A DNA stretch of 64,000 nt. Origin: Camelus ferus (taxonomy: Eukaryota). Of the stretch, positions 39,001 through 52,393 are shown piece after piece; position 1 is the first letter of the stretch, and each line of letters opens with the position of its first letter. The DNA lies in assembly GCF_009834535.1 (NCBI RefSeq), contig NC_045697.1, positions 101,558,001 to 101,622,000 of the forward strand, read 5' to 3'. Below the pieces are notes generated by a model, which had not been told where the DNA came from, ran no database searches, and saw nothing but the letters and a program-made list of their open reading frames with translations. The translations under genes and the position numbers were made by a program.

Positions 39001-39937
39001 TGTTGTATTCCAGCAGATAGATTTTAACCAAGGAAATTATTTGTCTCTAAGATAGAAATTTAAGTTCCACACCAAATCGTGTCTAATAGTAAAGGTTGCT
39101 AAGTATGGTCCTCAACTGAACTTTCAGATTCATTTCCTTAAATTTTCCTATATTTATATTATCTTTAAATGTAATAATTAATATGAATATTTCTGACACT
39201 ATACTAATGAAGAATAATTATGTATTCTTCTCTACAAGAAGAGTGTAAAGTTATACAATCTAACCACCTTCTAGTAACCATCATTTGCAAGATCAACTTG
39301 GGCAGAATGAAGAAATTTCTTGAACTTTCAATCAACAAACATAAAAACTTTAAACAGCATTGGGAAAAGTCACAATTACCATTAAGATACACTCAAAAAA
39401 TGTTCTCTGTTTATTTTTGGACATTGAGAAAACAATGAGAATCAGTACAACCTACAAATCACACACCTGTGGAGTTTCACGGTGATCTATAAGGTCCATA
39501 CGTTCTCTCACCAACAACTGCAACAAAATAAATTTCAAATTCATCTTTTAATAATTTGACTCTAATTTAATATTTAATAATTTAATAATTTCTATTTACC
39601 AATATACTAATACATTCGAACCATAGCTTTTCTAAATTTTCTAGCAGAAAACAACTAACACATAGATATTTCCACGTGATTATCATATCAATGCCACTGT
39701 AATAAAAAATCCTTAGATTTTAATAAAATAGGTAGCAATAAAGATAATACTACTGATAGATTACTTCTGGTAACAAGTTAGCAACTAATCAGTCAATGGA
39801 AATTACTGTAGGAGTAAAAACTGTCATGAAAATTCTGTTAAAAAGAGGAAGCAATGTATCCGACTAGCTCATTGATTTAAAAAAAGAACGTTTTTTGTCA
39901 TATGACACATAACTAAAAGTGACTATAATCATATTTC

Positions 39938-40072
39938 TGCTCCTCCTCCTTGTCCTCCTTCACTCAATCCTCCTCTTCTTCCTCCATCTTCTCCTCCAGT
40001 TCCCCTCCTCCATTTTTTATCTTCTTCCTCCTTTTGTTCTTCTCCTCTATCTCCCTCCCTCCTCCTCTTCTC
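39938..40072. repeat. (CCT/CTT)n polypyrimidine low complexity
   Basis: Visible base composition. Confidence 0.85.
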
Positions 40073-41319
40073 AGATCCTAAGATTTCCTACCAAATAAAA
40101 TTGACTATGCAGTAGAATGACTTTCATAACCAGAAAGCTTTTCAGCAGAACAATAATATAGAAATAATTACTTTAAGTGCTGTACTTCTTAAAAAATATG
40201 TTCTTAAAAACTTGTTTTTTAAAAAAAATGGATGGAGTGTCTCGCATGCATCAAACACTGTCCTAGATATTTGAAAAACATGACTTCATTCTGCCAAATT
40301 GCACATGATGTAGTTGGCTAAATCAAGACTCAAACCCAGGTCAGTCCAAAGCAGAGCATGTTGGTTCCACCGGTTTCTCCTCATGAAGACTTGCTACCCC
40401 CTGGTCTAATGTTCTGATTGCCTTTGAACTAATTCTTGTTCAAGCTAATTAGAGACAAGCTCAGTTTGCCTTCAGGTCTCCTTATCAGCTAGAAATATCT
40501 ATTTGCTTCTTTTGACAGTATTACACCCTCATTATTTACGACCTCTCTTCCCAGAGCCAAGAGCTGAAAATTACTGCCGTGTAGGCACCTCTTCACCCCA
40601 CTTATGAATCTTTCTACTTAATTGGGAAAATGTTTCTATGCTACTCTAAAAGGAAAGAGAACTCTCCTCCTCTTCCCAATATTTTATCTTCAGAAAAACT
40701 AGAGAATGAGTGCAGCAGAAAACATAAGAGGACAGGAGGCATCTCAAATTGCAGTCACAGTGATTCCTTATTAAGCAGCTAAGATAGCCTAGCAACCTGC
40801 AACTTCTAAAACGTTCCTACGTTACAAAAAAATTATAGCTTCATCAAAAATATAAATAGACATCTTAACAATAGATATTTGAAGAGGTTTGTCATAATGA
40901 AAATCTCATATATATTTAGCACTTTTGCCTAAGAATTTTTACAACTATTACTTTAACTGAGACTTACAAGACTGTAAAAAAGTCTGAACAGATTTCTTTT
41001 TCTTTTTCTTTTCACTTATGAAAGTCTTATATACATTTTCATTGTTAAAAGTTCAAATACTACAGTACATAGAGAAAAATGTGATGGCCCTCCTTGTTGA
41101 AGCCCAATATCCTTTCAACCATTTCCCTGTGTGTTTGTGCACAAGCACATGCAAACACAGAGCTTAGGAAGGTAGGTATTCATAAGTGGAATATTATACA
41201 TACTATTTTGTGATATGCCTTTCATACTTAACAGCATAGCCTGGAGGTGTTTTTTATGATGGTACCAAAAATCTGCCCAATTCTTTTAACTGGCCACATA
41301 GCAATCCATAATATAGAAG

Positions 41320-42067
41320 TGTTACCAAACTCAGGTTCAGCCGCTCATAGCCCAGGAATCCAATACTGAGAGAGTGTTGGGTAAAGGAAAGGTAGCTTTA
41401 TTGAGGAGGCCAGCAATCCTGGGGAGAAGGTGGACGCATGTCCCGAAGGACCAACTCTCCATTACCAATCAAGGGGCAAGAGCTTTTAAAAAAGAGTTTC
41501 AGAGGTGTACAGGCTTGGGGCAGGGGTGGCCAAGGGGGCGTGTTATGTGCAGAAGAGCACAGTCAGCTTCGACAATTATCTTGAAATTGGTCATGTGGTG
41601 GCCTGATCAGCATCATCTTGATTTTTAAAGTACAGTTAATTCTTAATTCCAGGGTCAGCTTGCTCCTGCTTCCCTGAGGCTAATTCTTGGAACTGTGCAA
41701 GATGGAGCAGCTTATTTCATAACTACAGTCTGGTCATCATGTAGTTAACTTCTTCCACCTAGTAGGAGTTTCAGTATCTGAAAAATAGCTCAAAGGACAT
41801 GGCTAAGAATATTATCTATAGCCCTTGAGGAGAAACTAAAGGTCCTTGACTTTGGTTAATGGCTAAACTCGTATTACTTTGTCTTGTTTGACTGTTTTCC
41901 TTTGCTTCTGCATTTTTTCACTTCTCTGATTAAATGTATTCTTTGGAACTAAGGAAAGGGATAGGAGGCTAAAGCTTTTCTACAGACAAGAGTCAGGCAG
42001 AGGTCGTGGTGGAGTGGGGAGGGGGGCTCTGTCCCTGGAAGGCCCCATAGGGTCCTTCTCAGTTACA
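41320..42067 (-). mobile_element. ERV1-class solo LTR (748 bp)
   Basis: TGTTAC...GTTACA termini; perfect 4-bp TSD gaag (41316-41319 and 42068-42071); poly(A) signal on the minus strand ('ctttattg' at ~41397). Confidence 0.9.
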
Positions 42068-42112
42068 GAAGAACCACAAGTTACTAATTCATTCCCCTAG
42101 ATGTACATCAGA

Positions 42113-42483
42113 TGTTATTAATTAGATAGGCTAAGAGCTATAACAAACAAGACTGAAACTTCAACAGTTCAACTCAGTGAAGGTTATGGCTGAACTCAGG
42201 TCACAGCCCAGTGGGTCAGTAGGTGGTGTTCTCATTCACATGGTCCTTTGGGTATCAGGTTCCTTCCTTCTTTAAGGTCACCCAGCAGACAGAAGGAAGA
42301 GAGAGAAAGTGTGAAGACACATAACTCTTCACTGTCACAGACAGAAGTGCTTTATTTCTCCTACTCATGTTCTACTGGCAAGAACTAGTCTTACAGCCCA
42401 TGAAGAAGGCTGGAAAATTTGTTCGAATTTGTGTGTAGGAAGTACAAGAAGATTTGATGAGAATCTAGCCAGTCTCTCTCACA
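42113..42483 (-). mobile_element. MaLR LTR, MLT1I/J-like
   Basis: 'gataggctaagagctataacaaac...tactcatgttctactggcaagaactagtc...tgatgagaatctagccagtctctctcaca'. Confidence 0.75.
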
Positions 42484-42844
42484 TAGGTTAATTTCATTTT
42501 TTTCACTATTAAACACAAGGCTATCATAAACACCTTCTAGATACACTTTTGCACACTTACACCAGTATTTCTGTAGTATAAACAGGTTTTACCAGACAAA
42601 AAGATACCTAAAAGATATCTTCTAAAACAAGAGAATTTTAGAAGATATGTTACCTTTCTAAAGTAACATGTAATATTTGACTATGTTAAAACAATCCTCT
42701 AGAATATATTAAGTACACACTGAGAAGCTAGCTTTCAAAGCATTACCTGATCTGACCTTTAACATTAAAACTTTTCTCTCTCCTACACCTCGTAAGAACT
42801 CTCCACTTCTCCCAGGCTCTTCACTTCTTTACTTCTCAAACAAG

Positions 42845-43035
42845 TTATAACTATTCATCTCAAATCCTGGGTTGCAATTTACTATCTCTGTGTTCTTGGA
42901 AATACCGTTTTTGACCACTCGGAGTCTTAGTTTCACTATTTTGAAAAGAAATGACATTATAAACCTCACCAGTATCTTGAAATAACTAAATAATGGGAAA
43001 TGGCACATGGGAAATACCGAGACAAAATAAACATT
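42845..43035 (+). mobile_element. MIR SINE
   Basis: 'tcaaatcctgggttgcaatttactatctctgtgttcttggaaata...actcggagtcttagtttcactattttgaaaag'. Confidence 0.65.
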
Positions 43036-43527
43036 AAATGAGTGCTCACTTCTACCCTTCTTTCTCTGACTATCCCAGGCCATAGTAACTGTTCCTGTCA
43101 CTGAATTCCTGCAGTACTTGTTTATATTACCTTTCTGTTACCTAGCATATATGACAGTCTATCCTTATTTAGCTTTTCATGCAATATCTTGTCTCCCCGT
43201 CATGATTATAAGCAACTAGAGAAGCATGCCATATTCCCACCTGCTTGCACAGTGCCTTACAGTGCAGCCCTTGATAAATGTTTGTGATAATGCCAATTAA
43301 ATTGAGCATGCCAGTGGAAGAGAGAAAGCAAAACAAAAGAAAAATCCATCCCAGTTATTCAATTTTAGGAAAAGAACTTGAAAAATCTGTGGAGATTAGT
43401 TAGGGGGATATTGAATGATAACATTTAAAAATTCAATAACCTACAGGAAGCTGGAAAGCATTTGTGAACACTTCATTGAAAACCCAAGATAAATGTATGT
43501 CAGATCTTAAAATGTCAAGCTGTGCGT

Positions 43528-43531
<4 letters not shown>

Positions 43532-43563
<32 letters not shown>
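43532..43563. repeat. (GT)16 microsatellite
   Basis: Perfect dinucleotide run. Confidence 0.95.
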
Positions 43564-43567
<4 letters not shown>

Positions 43568-44280
43568 AGGCAAGGTTAAAGGATTGTGGAAGGAGATTTT
43601 TCCAATTTAAGAGAGCTATTTGAGAAAGAATTATTTAAAAGGAAAGAATGAAGGAAGGGAAGTAGGGCAGGAGGGAAGAATGGGGAGAGAAAAGGAGGGA
43701 AAAGAGGAAAGAAAGGAATCTTTCAAAAACTAGAAAAGTGGTTTAGTTAAAGAGAGCAGGGAAACTCAGAAAGGATGCCAGGCGAGGTATAAACTGGAAA
43801 TTAGAGCAAAAGAGAATTATGTGGAACTTTTGAAGAATGTCCAAAAGCAGCAGCAGAATTAAAAACAAATTAATAACCTAGTAACACAAGGCTCTGGTCC
43901 CATATGGACAATGAACTTTTACTGAGTATCTTCCGCCCTTTTAGACAGAGGTACACTCTGCATCCACTCAGTCTCTGTTCAGCCAGAATTACCAGTAACG
44001 TTACCTAACCGGCCCATTCGAGATGAAAGTCTGTCCCCCTGCAAGCATTTCTAGCATTCCTATTCTTCCTCCTTTTTTTTTTTTTTTTTTGGCTAACATT
44101 TAAAATTTTTATTTTGTAAAACAAGACTTTTGTTATGTACACCTAAATATGATCTTACCCATAATAAAAAGAACTACCCCAAATATCGAAAGGGTTTACA
44201 TCAATAAAAAAAGAAATACTACTTCCAGATACTTCATAAATTACTAAAAAGTTTGGTATTTTCCCCCACCCTGCTGACAT

Positions 44281-45174
44281 ATTTTTAACTGAAGTATAGT
44301 TGATTTATAATGTTTCAGGTATATAGCAAAGTGACTCAGTTACAGATCTAGACAGATAGATCCAAATATTCTTTTTCAGATTCTTTTCCATTATAGGTTA
44401 TTACAAGATATTAAATATAGTTCCCTGTGCTGTACAGTAGGACCTTGTTATTTATCTATTTTATACATAGTAGTATGTATCTGTTAATCCCAAATTCCCA
44501 ATTTACCCCACCTTCCCTTCCCCTTTGGTAACCATAAGTTTTGTTTTCTATGTCTGTGAGTCTCTGTTTTGTAAATAAGTTCATTTGTATCATTTTTTTT
44601 TAGATTCCACATATAAGTGATATCATAGGATATTTGTCTTTTTCTGTCTGACTTACTTCACTTAGGATGACAATCTCCAGGTCCATCCATGTTGCTGCAA
44701 ATGGCATTATTTTATTCTATTTTATGGCTGAGTATAATTCAGTTGTATATTTATAACACATCTTCTTTATCCAGTCATCTGTAGATGGACCTTTAAGGTT
44801 GCTTCTGTATCTATTTTACTTATTATAAATAGTGCTGCTATGAACATTGGGGTGCATGTATCTTTCCAAATCAGAGTTTTTGTCTTTTCTGGATATATGT
44901 CCAGGAGTGGGATTGCTGGATCATATGGTAAGTCTATTTTTAGTTTTTTTAAGGAAACTCCATATTGTTCTCCATAGTGGCTGCACCAACTTACATTCCC
45001 ACCAACAGTGTAGGAGGGTTCCCTTTTCTCTGCACCCTCTCCAGCATTTATTATTTGTAGACTTTTTGATGGCCATTCTGACCAGTGTGAGGCGGTACCT
45101 CACTATAGTTTTGATTTGCATTTATGTAATAATTAGCACTGTTGAGCATCTTTCCTTGTGTCTGTTGGCCATCT
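44281..45174 (-). mobile_element. Artiodactyl-type L1 3' end (ORF2 C-terminus + 3' UTR)
   Basis: ORF 44921-45121(-) reads [50 protein letters not shown] (ORF2 CCHC). 3' UTR end 'tttttaactgaagtatagttgatttataatg'. Confidence 0.95.
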
Positions 45175-46734
45175 TCTTTCTTCTTCTTGTGCAGAATTTC
45201 TTCCTTTCTTTCCCTTAGTTATTTGTTTTCTTTTTACATTTCTATAAGCCATAACTGTAGTATATATTTTTAGTATTTAACTCAACAAATAGAAACTTTA
45301 GTCTTCTCTTTATTTCATACCACTCCCATGCCAGATAATATGCTTTTAAATTAGTCCTTGACTAAGATAAAAATATCTTGAGGATACATTCAAAAATAAA
45401 TAAATAAAGCCATTTTAGTCTTGCTTTATCACTATTTCGAAACCAGTACAAGTAATAAGGTTTGATAGTGTTAGAGTGGTGAAAAGAGCATAAATATTTT
45501 AATATATATGTAAGCTTCTCTTTGACAACCATGAATACAGAGGTGTTGTTTATTTGCCTTTTTAAATAGTAATTATCTTCTGTTTCTGTTCCCAGAGAAA
45601 CAAAGATCACTTTAGTATTCTTATATTCACTGTGATCACAAATTTAGGCTTCCTGAACGTGTTAATGAGGAGACTCCCAATGATCTCTCTGCCTGGGGTT
45701 TTATCATAGTCATTTCCTGATCTGCTCAGCCTCACCTGCCTTGACATCCCATCTCCCCTCCCACTAAACCATGGCTTCACCTTTAATGGACTCCTTATTT
45801 ACATATTGCTTGCATATTTGAAATTCCTTCACATAATTCTAATAATCGTGCATCCTTCTGGGCATACGTAACAATGATCCTGCCATGCTTCTGAAGATGT
45901 CAGGTGAGACCCATTACTAGAATTTTATTAATTTAGTTAATAAATATTTATGGAGGGACTGCTTTGTGCCAGGGATTGCTCTAGGTGCTGAGGATGCAAC
46001 GTGGAATATCATAGTCTCCACATTCCAAGAGCTTACAGTGAAATAAAGGCATAACAAGCATAAAAAGAGGCAATTAAAACGCAGTGGATAGGATGTCTAA
46101 TAAAAGGCCTTTCTTTATTGCCTCCACACCATGAAGTGGTTGAGCAAAGCCTCTTGCACATAGTAATTATAAAAAGTGGATCGAATGTTTTAAAAGTAAC
46201 TATTTGTAGACATTGAAAACCAAAAGCTCACAGAAACAAATGGAGATGCTACTATTATGGATAAGGATTAAATTTGTGGCTTTTTTGGCTGAAGTTGGCC
46301 TCGAGCAAACTTCTTCTAAAGAACCCACTGGTCGTAAGAGAAATTAGAAAACATTAAAACATTGTTAATTGGATGATAAAAATATAACACATCAAATTTT
46401 GTGGGTTGGTTCTAGAGCAGTGTTCAGAGGGAAATTTATAAATTTAAATACCTATATTAGGAAAAAAAAGAGGCAAACTCAATGATTTAAGATTCCATTT
46501 TAAGAAGCTAGGCAAAAAAAGAGAAAATTAAAACCCAGCAAAAGGAATAAAATAATAAAGATAAGAGCAGAAATAAATGAAATATAAATTAGACAAGCAA
46601 GAGAGAAACCAATAAAAGCTTAAGATCAATAAAACTGATAAACTTCTACCCAAAATGTTCAAGAGGAAAAAAGTGGAAGACACAAATTACCAATTTCAAT
46701 ACTGCTACAGTTAGTATAGACCATAAAAAATGAA

Positions 46735-47181
46735 AGTATTAGTTTCCTGAGGCTGTTGGGAAAAATTGTTACAAACTTTATAGCACAAGAAATGTATTAT
46801 CTCACAGTTCTGGAGGCAAGAAGTCTCAAATCAAGGTGTCAGCAGGGCTACATCCCCACGGAGGCTCTGAGAGAACCCCTTGTTTCTTGTAGCTTCTGGT
46901 AGCAGTCAGCATTCCCTGGTGTTCCTTGTCTGTGGCTGCATTACTCCAAATTCTGCCTCCATCTTCACATCGGTGTCTCCTCTGTGTAACTTTCTAATCA
47001 GCCTCTCTCTTATAAGGACACTGAGATGGCATTTAGGCCCTACCTGAATAATCCTGGGTGTTCTCCTCATCTAAAGGTCCTTAATTTAATTACAACTTAA
47101 CTTTTCCCAAAGTAACATCTACATGTTTCAGGGATTAGGATATGGATGTATCTTTGGGGGACTATTTTCAAACTCCCACAC
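46735..47181 (-). mobile_element. MaLR solo LTR, MLT1B/C-like
   Basis: 'gtattagtttcctgaggctg...tctcacagttctggaggcaagaagtctcaaatcaaggtgtcagcagggc...ggattaggatatggatgtatctttggggg'. Confidence 0.88.
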
Positions 47182-47471
47182 CTAATGAAGGAATATTATT
47201 AAAAATTTGTTGGTGCCAAAAAAATTAAAGACTAAATTAAATAGACAAATTTCTTGAAAGATACAAGTTACAAAGAAGACACAAGAAAAAAATAGACAAC
47301 ATAAATAGTACTACATCAACTAAAATTTTGCATTTTTAACTAAAGATCTTTCCACAAAGAACATCTGAATTCCAGATGGCCTCACTGGTAAGTTATAGTC
47401 AACATTTAATAAGAAATAAGAACAATCTTACATATACTCTTTCAGAAAACAGAGGCTACAAATATACATCC

Positions 47472-48005
47472 TGTGCAGGAAAGGTTAACCCAGCAGGCCT
47501 GGGTGGTTCAAATCCTGCACATTCTCAAGAATGTCCTTCCTCCAGTACTGGCCCTTAGCCAGCTTCTGGGATATGCGCCCTAAACCCTTCTGATATTCTG
47601 ACTGATAAGAAAGTTTTCGTATGCCTGGGGCCTTGGGCCACATGATACCAGTTTGATCAAGTAGTTCAAGCGAATGTGATTTATGATGGACACCTGTTTT
47701 TGCTCTAAAGCTCTGTAGTCTGAGCACCAATACTCAGGTGAACTCCCTGGCTGGTAACATACATGTTGTCACACATCATTACTAGGAGAATTAAGGACAT
47801 CATGTGACTCCACTAGGAGAGGATCCCTGGAAGCTTGAGCCTGGTTTCTCCAAGACTTCAACCCATGTACCTTTTCCTTAGCTGAATTTAATCTGTATCT
47901 TTTCACTGTAATTGAGTGCAATCATGAGTATAATAGTTTTCTGAGTTCTGTGAGCCTTCTAGAGAATCATCAAGCCTGAAGATGGTCTTGGGGATCCCCA
48001 GTACA
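47472..48005 (+). mobile_element. ERVL solo LTR (MER21/MER68/MER77 group)
   Basis: TGTGCAGGAAAGGTTAAC...GGGGATCCCCAGTACA termini; 5-bp TSD catcc/cttcc; interrupts L1 'cttcccaactcattc'. Confidence 0.85.
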
Positions 48006-51000
48006 CTTCCCAACTCATTCAACACTATGAGGTCAGTATTATCTTGATCCCCAAAGCAAAGAAATCACAAGAAAATTATGGACATATTTCTCATGAATAT
48101 AGATACAAAATTTCTTTTAAAATATTAACAAAAAGAATCCAGCAATAGAGGAAAAGGATAATACCGCATAAGATTGTGGATTCTATTTTAGGAATACAAG
48201 ATTGATTTACTATTTATAAATCAATCAAGGTAATTCTTCACAATAACATAATAAAAGAGAAAAGCCATATGGTTTGTCTCAATAGATGCAGAAAAAGCAT
48301 TTGATGAAAATTCACCACCCATTTGTGATAAGAGCTCTCAATAAATTGAGAATTAAAGGAAATTTCATTAACCTGATAAAGGACATCAGTGAAAAATTTA
48401 TAGCTAAAATGTCACTTGATGGTAAAAATGGAATGCTTTCCCTCTAATTTTTTCCTAGCCAGTACAATAAAATGAAAATAAGTGAGCAAAGGGGATAATA
48501 ACTAAAAGAAACAAGTAAAACTGTCTTTATTCATAGGTGATACGGTAGTCTATGAAGAAAATTCTAAGGATTCTAAAAGAAAACTGTTAGAACTAGCAAA
48601 TATATTTAGCCAGGTAGAAGAATAAACAATCAATATGAAAAATTAATTTAATTTCAGTATACTGGAAACAATCAGAAAATAAAAACTAGACAATTTACAA
48701 TAGCATCCAAAAACATAAAATACTTAGATATAAATTTGAAAAATACATGCAAGACCCTTGTACTGGAAACTATAAAACATTGTTGAGAGAGATTGAAGAC
48801 AGTCTAAAACAAATGGATTAACACCCCATATTCATGGATCAGAAGATTTTTCAGATATCAGTTTTCTACAAAACTGTCAATAAATTCTGTGTAGTACCAG
48901 TAAATCATTCCAGGAGATATTTTTAACAAGCTAACTCTAAAATTTATATCAAAAGACAAAGACCTAGCATAGCGCCCGAAAAGGAAAAATTTAGAAAGCG
49001 TACACTCTCTGCTCTCAGGCCAAACAGTAAAGCTGTAATAAGCAGGAAATTGCGGTACTGGTGCAAGACTAGATGTGTACATTACTGGAACAAGACAGAG
49101 TCCAGAAACACACATACATAGAGTCAAGTGATTCTCTACAGCCATCTAAGTCTAACTTAAGGGGCATAAAATACTCTCATGCATAAATAGTGCTGAACAA
49201 TTAAATATCCATATTCATATGGACAAAAATAAGCCTCATTCATTGCCTCATACCACATAGAAATTAACTCAAAATAGTTCATAGATTTCAATGTAATAGC
49301 AAAAAATATAAAACTTCTAGAAGAAAACATAGGAGTAAATCATTGTGACTATGCAATGGGCAAAGATTTCTTACATAGATTCCCCAAAAATACAAATCAG
49401 AAAAGAAAAGAATTGATAAATCAGACTTCATTAAAATTTAAAATTTTTGCTTTTTCAAAAAACACTTTTAGGAAAGTAGAAAGGCAAGCCACACACTGGG
49501 GAAAGTATTTGCAAAACATTTATCTGATAAAGGATCTGTATCCAGAACATATACAGAACTCACATTAACTGAATAAGAAGAAAACTAATAACCCAACATA
49601 AATACGTTAACAACACTTCACCAAAGAAAATATATGAATGGCAAAAAAGCACTTGAAAAGATGGTCAATATTATTAACTACCAATAAAATGCAAATTAGA
49701 ACCACAATAAGATACTGCTACATCTCTATTAAATTGACTAACATTAAAAAGTCTGAAATACTAAGTCCTGATAATTGCAAAAGACTATGAAGTAGCTTTT
49801 GAGGGTGATGACAATATTCCATGTCTTGGCTGTGGAGGTGGTGAGTACACACATTTATCTAAATATGGTGGATTGTACTTTAAATAGGCATATTTTATTA
49901 TATGCACACTATACCATAATAAAGTCTATTTATTTTTTAAAATACAGTGAACACTAGATAAAAGTATTTGCACTCCTGTAATTAATGAACTGTAAAAAAT
50001 GAACATGCCCAAGGTGCTCGCTCGATTTAAATAAATGCACTTACACCATATTCTTCTAAGCTCATTTCTAAAGCATTTAGAACATTCTCCATAAACCCTG
50101 CATTTACATTCCAGCATCCACTGAAAAGGTACATGCTTATTTTCATTTTTTATAAACAAGGAACCAAAGATAACTAGGGGTTTCACTCAATATCCCTAAT
50201 ATCCAAAAGATCCAATGCACTAGCAGGTCCAAATTCCTTGATGTATATATAATCTGTATAATTCCTCTTTCTTAAGATTATGATGCCTATTTTGATTTTT
50301 TTTCCTCTTAAGGGCCTTGGTTTATTTTTCTTCCCTCTGTTTTCACTCATACAGCTCATCCAAATGTCTTTTATTAAACTCAGGGATGATTTCATGCTCA
50401 GATCAGAAAAAGAAAACAATTGTATTGTTTATCTGCTCAGATATTACCTTCTTGTGGTACAGAGCTTCTCTATATGTTAATGAACTTGGGTGTTTGTGCA
50501 ACTCAGGTCTCTTATTCTTACATTTAAATTGTTCTTTTTTTTTTTTTTTAATGTCTATTTACTTTTTTTTCCCTCATCTCTGCAAACTGAGGTAAAAGAC
50601 TTCCAAAGTATTGCAAAATAGACTCCACAGGAAATTCAGAGACAGTAATTACAGGCACTCTGACATTCCTGCTTGTTTAAGTAGGTATTTTAAACAAATT
50701 TGGCAGAGCTTCACTTGCTGTAGACCCTATTTTTGTTAAAAAAAAAAAAAAGTTTATTTCTGTAATGTTTTTTCAGTGTGACTTTTTAAAACTCTTACAT
50801 TTGTAATGCTTCGGAGGTAGTTTCTTGTCACATTTCATTTCCATTCATGATTAACTTCTTTGAATAAATACTTCTCATATTTTAAATCTAAGTCCCAGGC
50901 AGGATATTTTTAAAGTCTATTGCTAACTAATAACTCTTCTGCTTTGAGCTCTTGGAAAAGTCTTGGATGTCTGGATTTCAATCACTGATAAAAACTTGTC

Positions 51001-52211
51001 ATGTTATTTTTCTCGCAGTTGTTAAAGTAAGCTCCCTTTTAAACACCTTTTTATTCGCTTCTTCCTTCCAGTTCTCTCATTGACACTAATTATCTTGGGC
51101 AACTGCGGTCAGCAAAGAAACTTCCTGTTATAGGTCAGTGATAATTTTGTTTTTATTTCCTAAAGTTTAGATAAAATATTCCCCCAAGGATTGACTATGC
51201 TCCTTGTTCTGATTCCATGTACACAAGCTGTGCTCCAACTAAGAGCTTGGTTTTTCACATTCCTCAGTAGTTAGGAAGGATGTCGCCCTGGTGGAGCATG
51301 GTGAGCGTTCCCGTTACAACAAACAGGTATATACTACATCATAGATTAGGAAGATCACATTCTGGCTCATCTACCAAAATTGTAGGAATTTAGGCAACAT
51401 GTCAGCAATAGCGCAGCTTGTTATCTCTAAATATACTGAAAAATTCCCATTTCTGGAATTGTGAGATGGAAGAATGGTACCTGGCAGTGGTGAAATGCTG
51501 AGAAGCCCTGTCTCTCACCAGCCTGCACTTCCACAAGCACCCACCACCAGCAAAATGGTGCCAGTACTATGTATGCGCCAAGTGCCCAGAGAATTCATCT
51601 AATAGGCATTAAATATTAATGTTTTGAATTGTCTGAATCAACTACAATGAGAATATATTTAGTCATGCTATTTGTGTAACTGAAAAAACAATCAAAAACA
51701 TTCTCTAACAAAAGGTACAAATTGAGGGCTGTGAGAATTCAGAAGAGTCAAAAACCTATAATATTATATCTTTTAGCACATCCTAGACCTGCTTATCTCT
51801 TGAATGCAACAAATACAGAAGAATCACAAATCTTGTTGGACAGAACCACAAAACATAATTTGTATCATAACTCCTTCTTCTATAAAAATACGTAGAAACG
51901 AAAAATGTAGCTAAACCAATGATCTCCTAATTGGAGATCCTAAGTAAACGGAATTAAATAATTACTGCTCCTATAAATTAAGACCTCTACATTTCTTTTT
52001 TCAATTTGGCAAGTTAGACACATTTATAAAGTGGCCTCCTAAAAAGTCTCTTAGTAACTAAGGCAGATTCCAAACTTCTGCGGAAATACTTTTCATCTAT
52101 GGAAAATACGTATTTTTCTAGATGATTACTATTATTTTAAAGTGATGTATAAACTTCCACAAAATGTGTTTTATCATCTGTTTCTCTCTAACAACAATTA
52201 TTCTTTAAGTG

Positions 52212-52393
52212 ATCGGTGTTACACAGCCTTGCCAAATCAGAAGAGTCACCTGGGCAGTTTATTAAAAATACAGGTTCCCAGGACCCTCCTTTGGAGAGTC
52301 TAATTCAATTGATTTAGAATGGGGCAAAGGAAACCGCAGTTTTAACAACTACCCTAGGCAATTCTTATGACTACGCAAGTTTGGGAAACCCTG
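52212..52393. mobile_element. MER5-like hAT-Charlie MITE
   Basis: 'gagtcacctgggcagtttattaaaaatacaggttcccaggaccc...ttttaacaactaccctaggcaattcttatg...aagtttgggaaaccctg'. Confidence 0.8.

Larger units (their letters stand above)
41090..42600 (-). mobile_element. L1ME-like fragment split by two LTR insertions
   Basis: 'aagtggaatattatacatactattttgtg...ggccacatagcaatccataatatagaag' resumes as 'aaccacaagttactaattcattcccctagatgtacat', then 'taggttaatttcattttttt'. Confidence 0.65.
46330..49935 (+). mobile_element. Old L1 (L1MB/MC-like) ORF2 through 3' end, decayed, hosting two LTRs
   Basis: 'agagcagtgttcagagggaaatttata', 'tctcaatagatgcagaaaaagcatttgat', 'ctgtctttattcataggtgata', 'aaaacttctagaagaaaacatagg'; terminal 'ataccataataaagtc'. 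Confidence 0.9.

Noticed and set aside
44847..45218. 123-aa plus-strand ORF
   Set aside because: It is the antisense frame of L1 ORF2, a common artefact.
51921..51939. Hairpin gatctcc-taatt-ggagatc
   Set aside because: A 7-bp stem is expected by chance in 64 kb and has no RNA-gene context.
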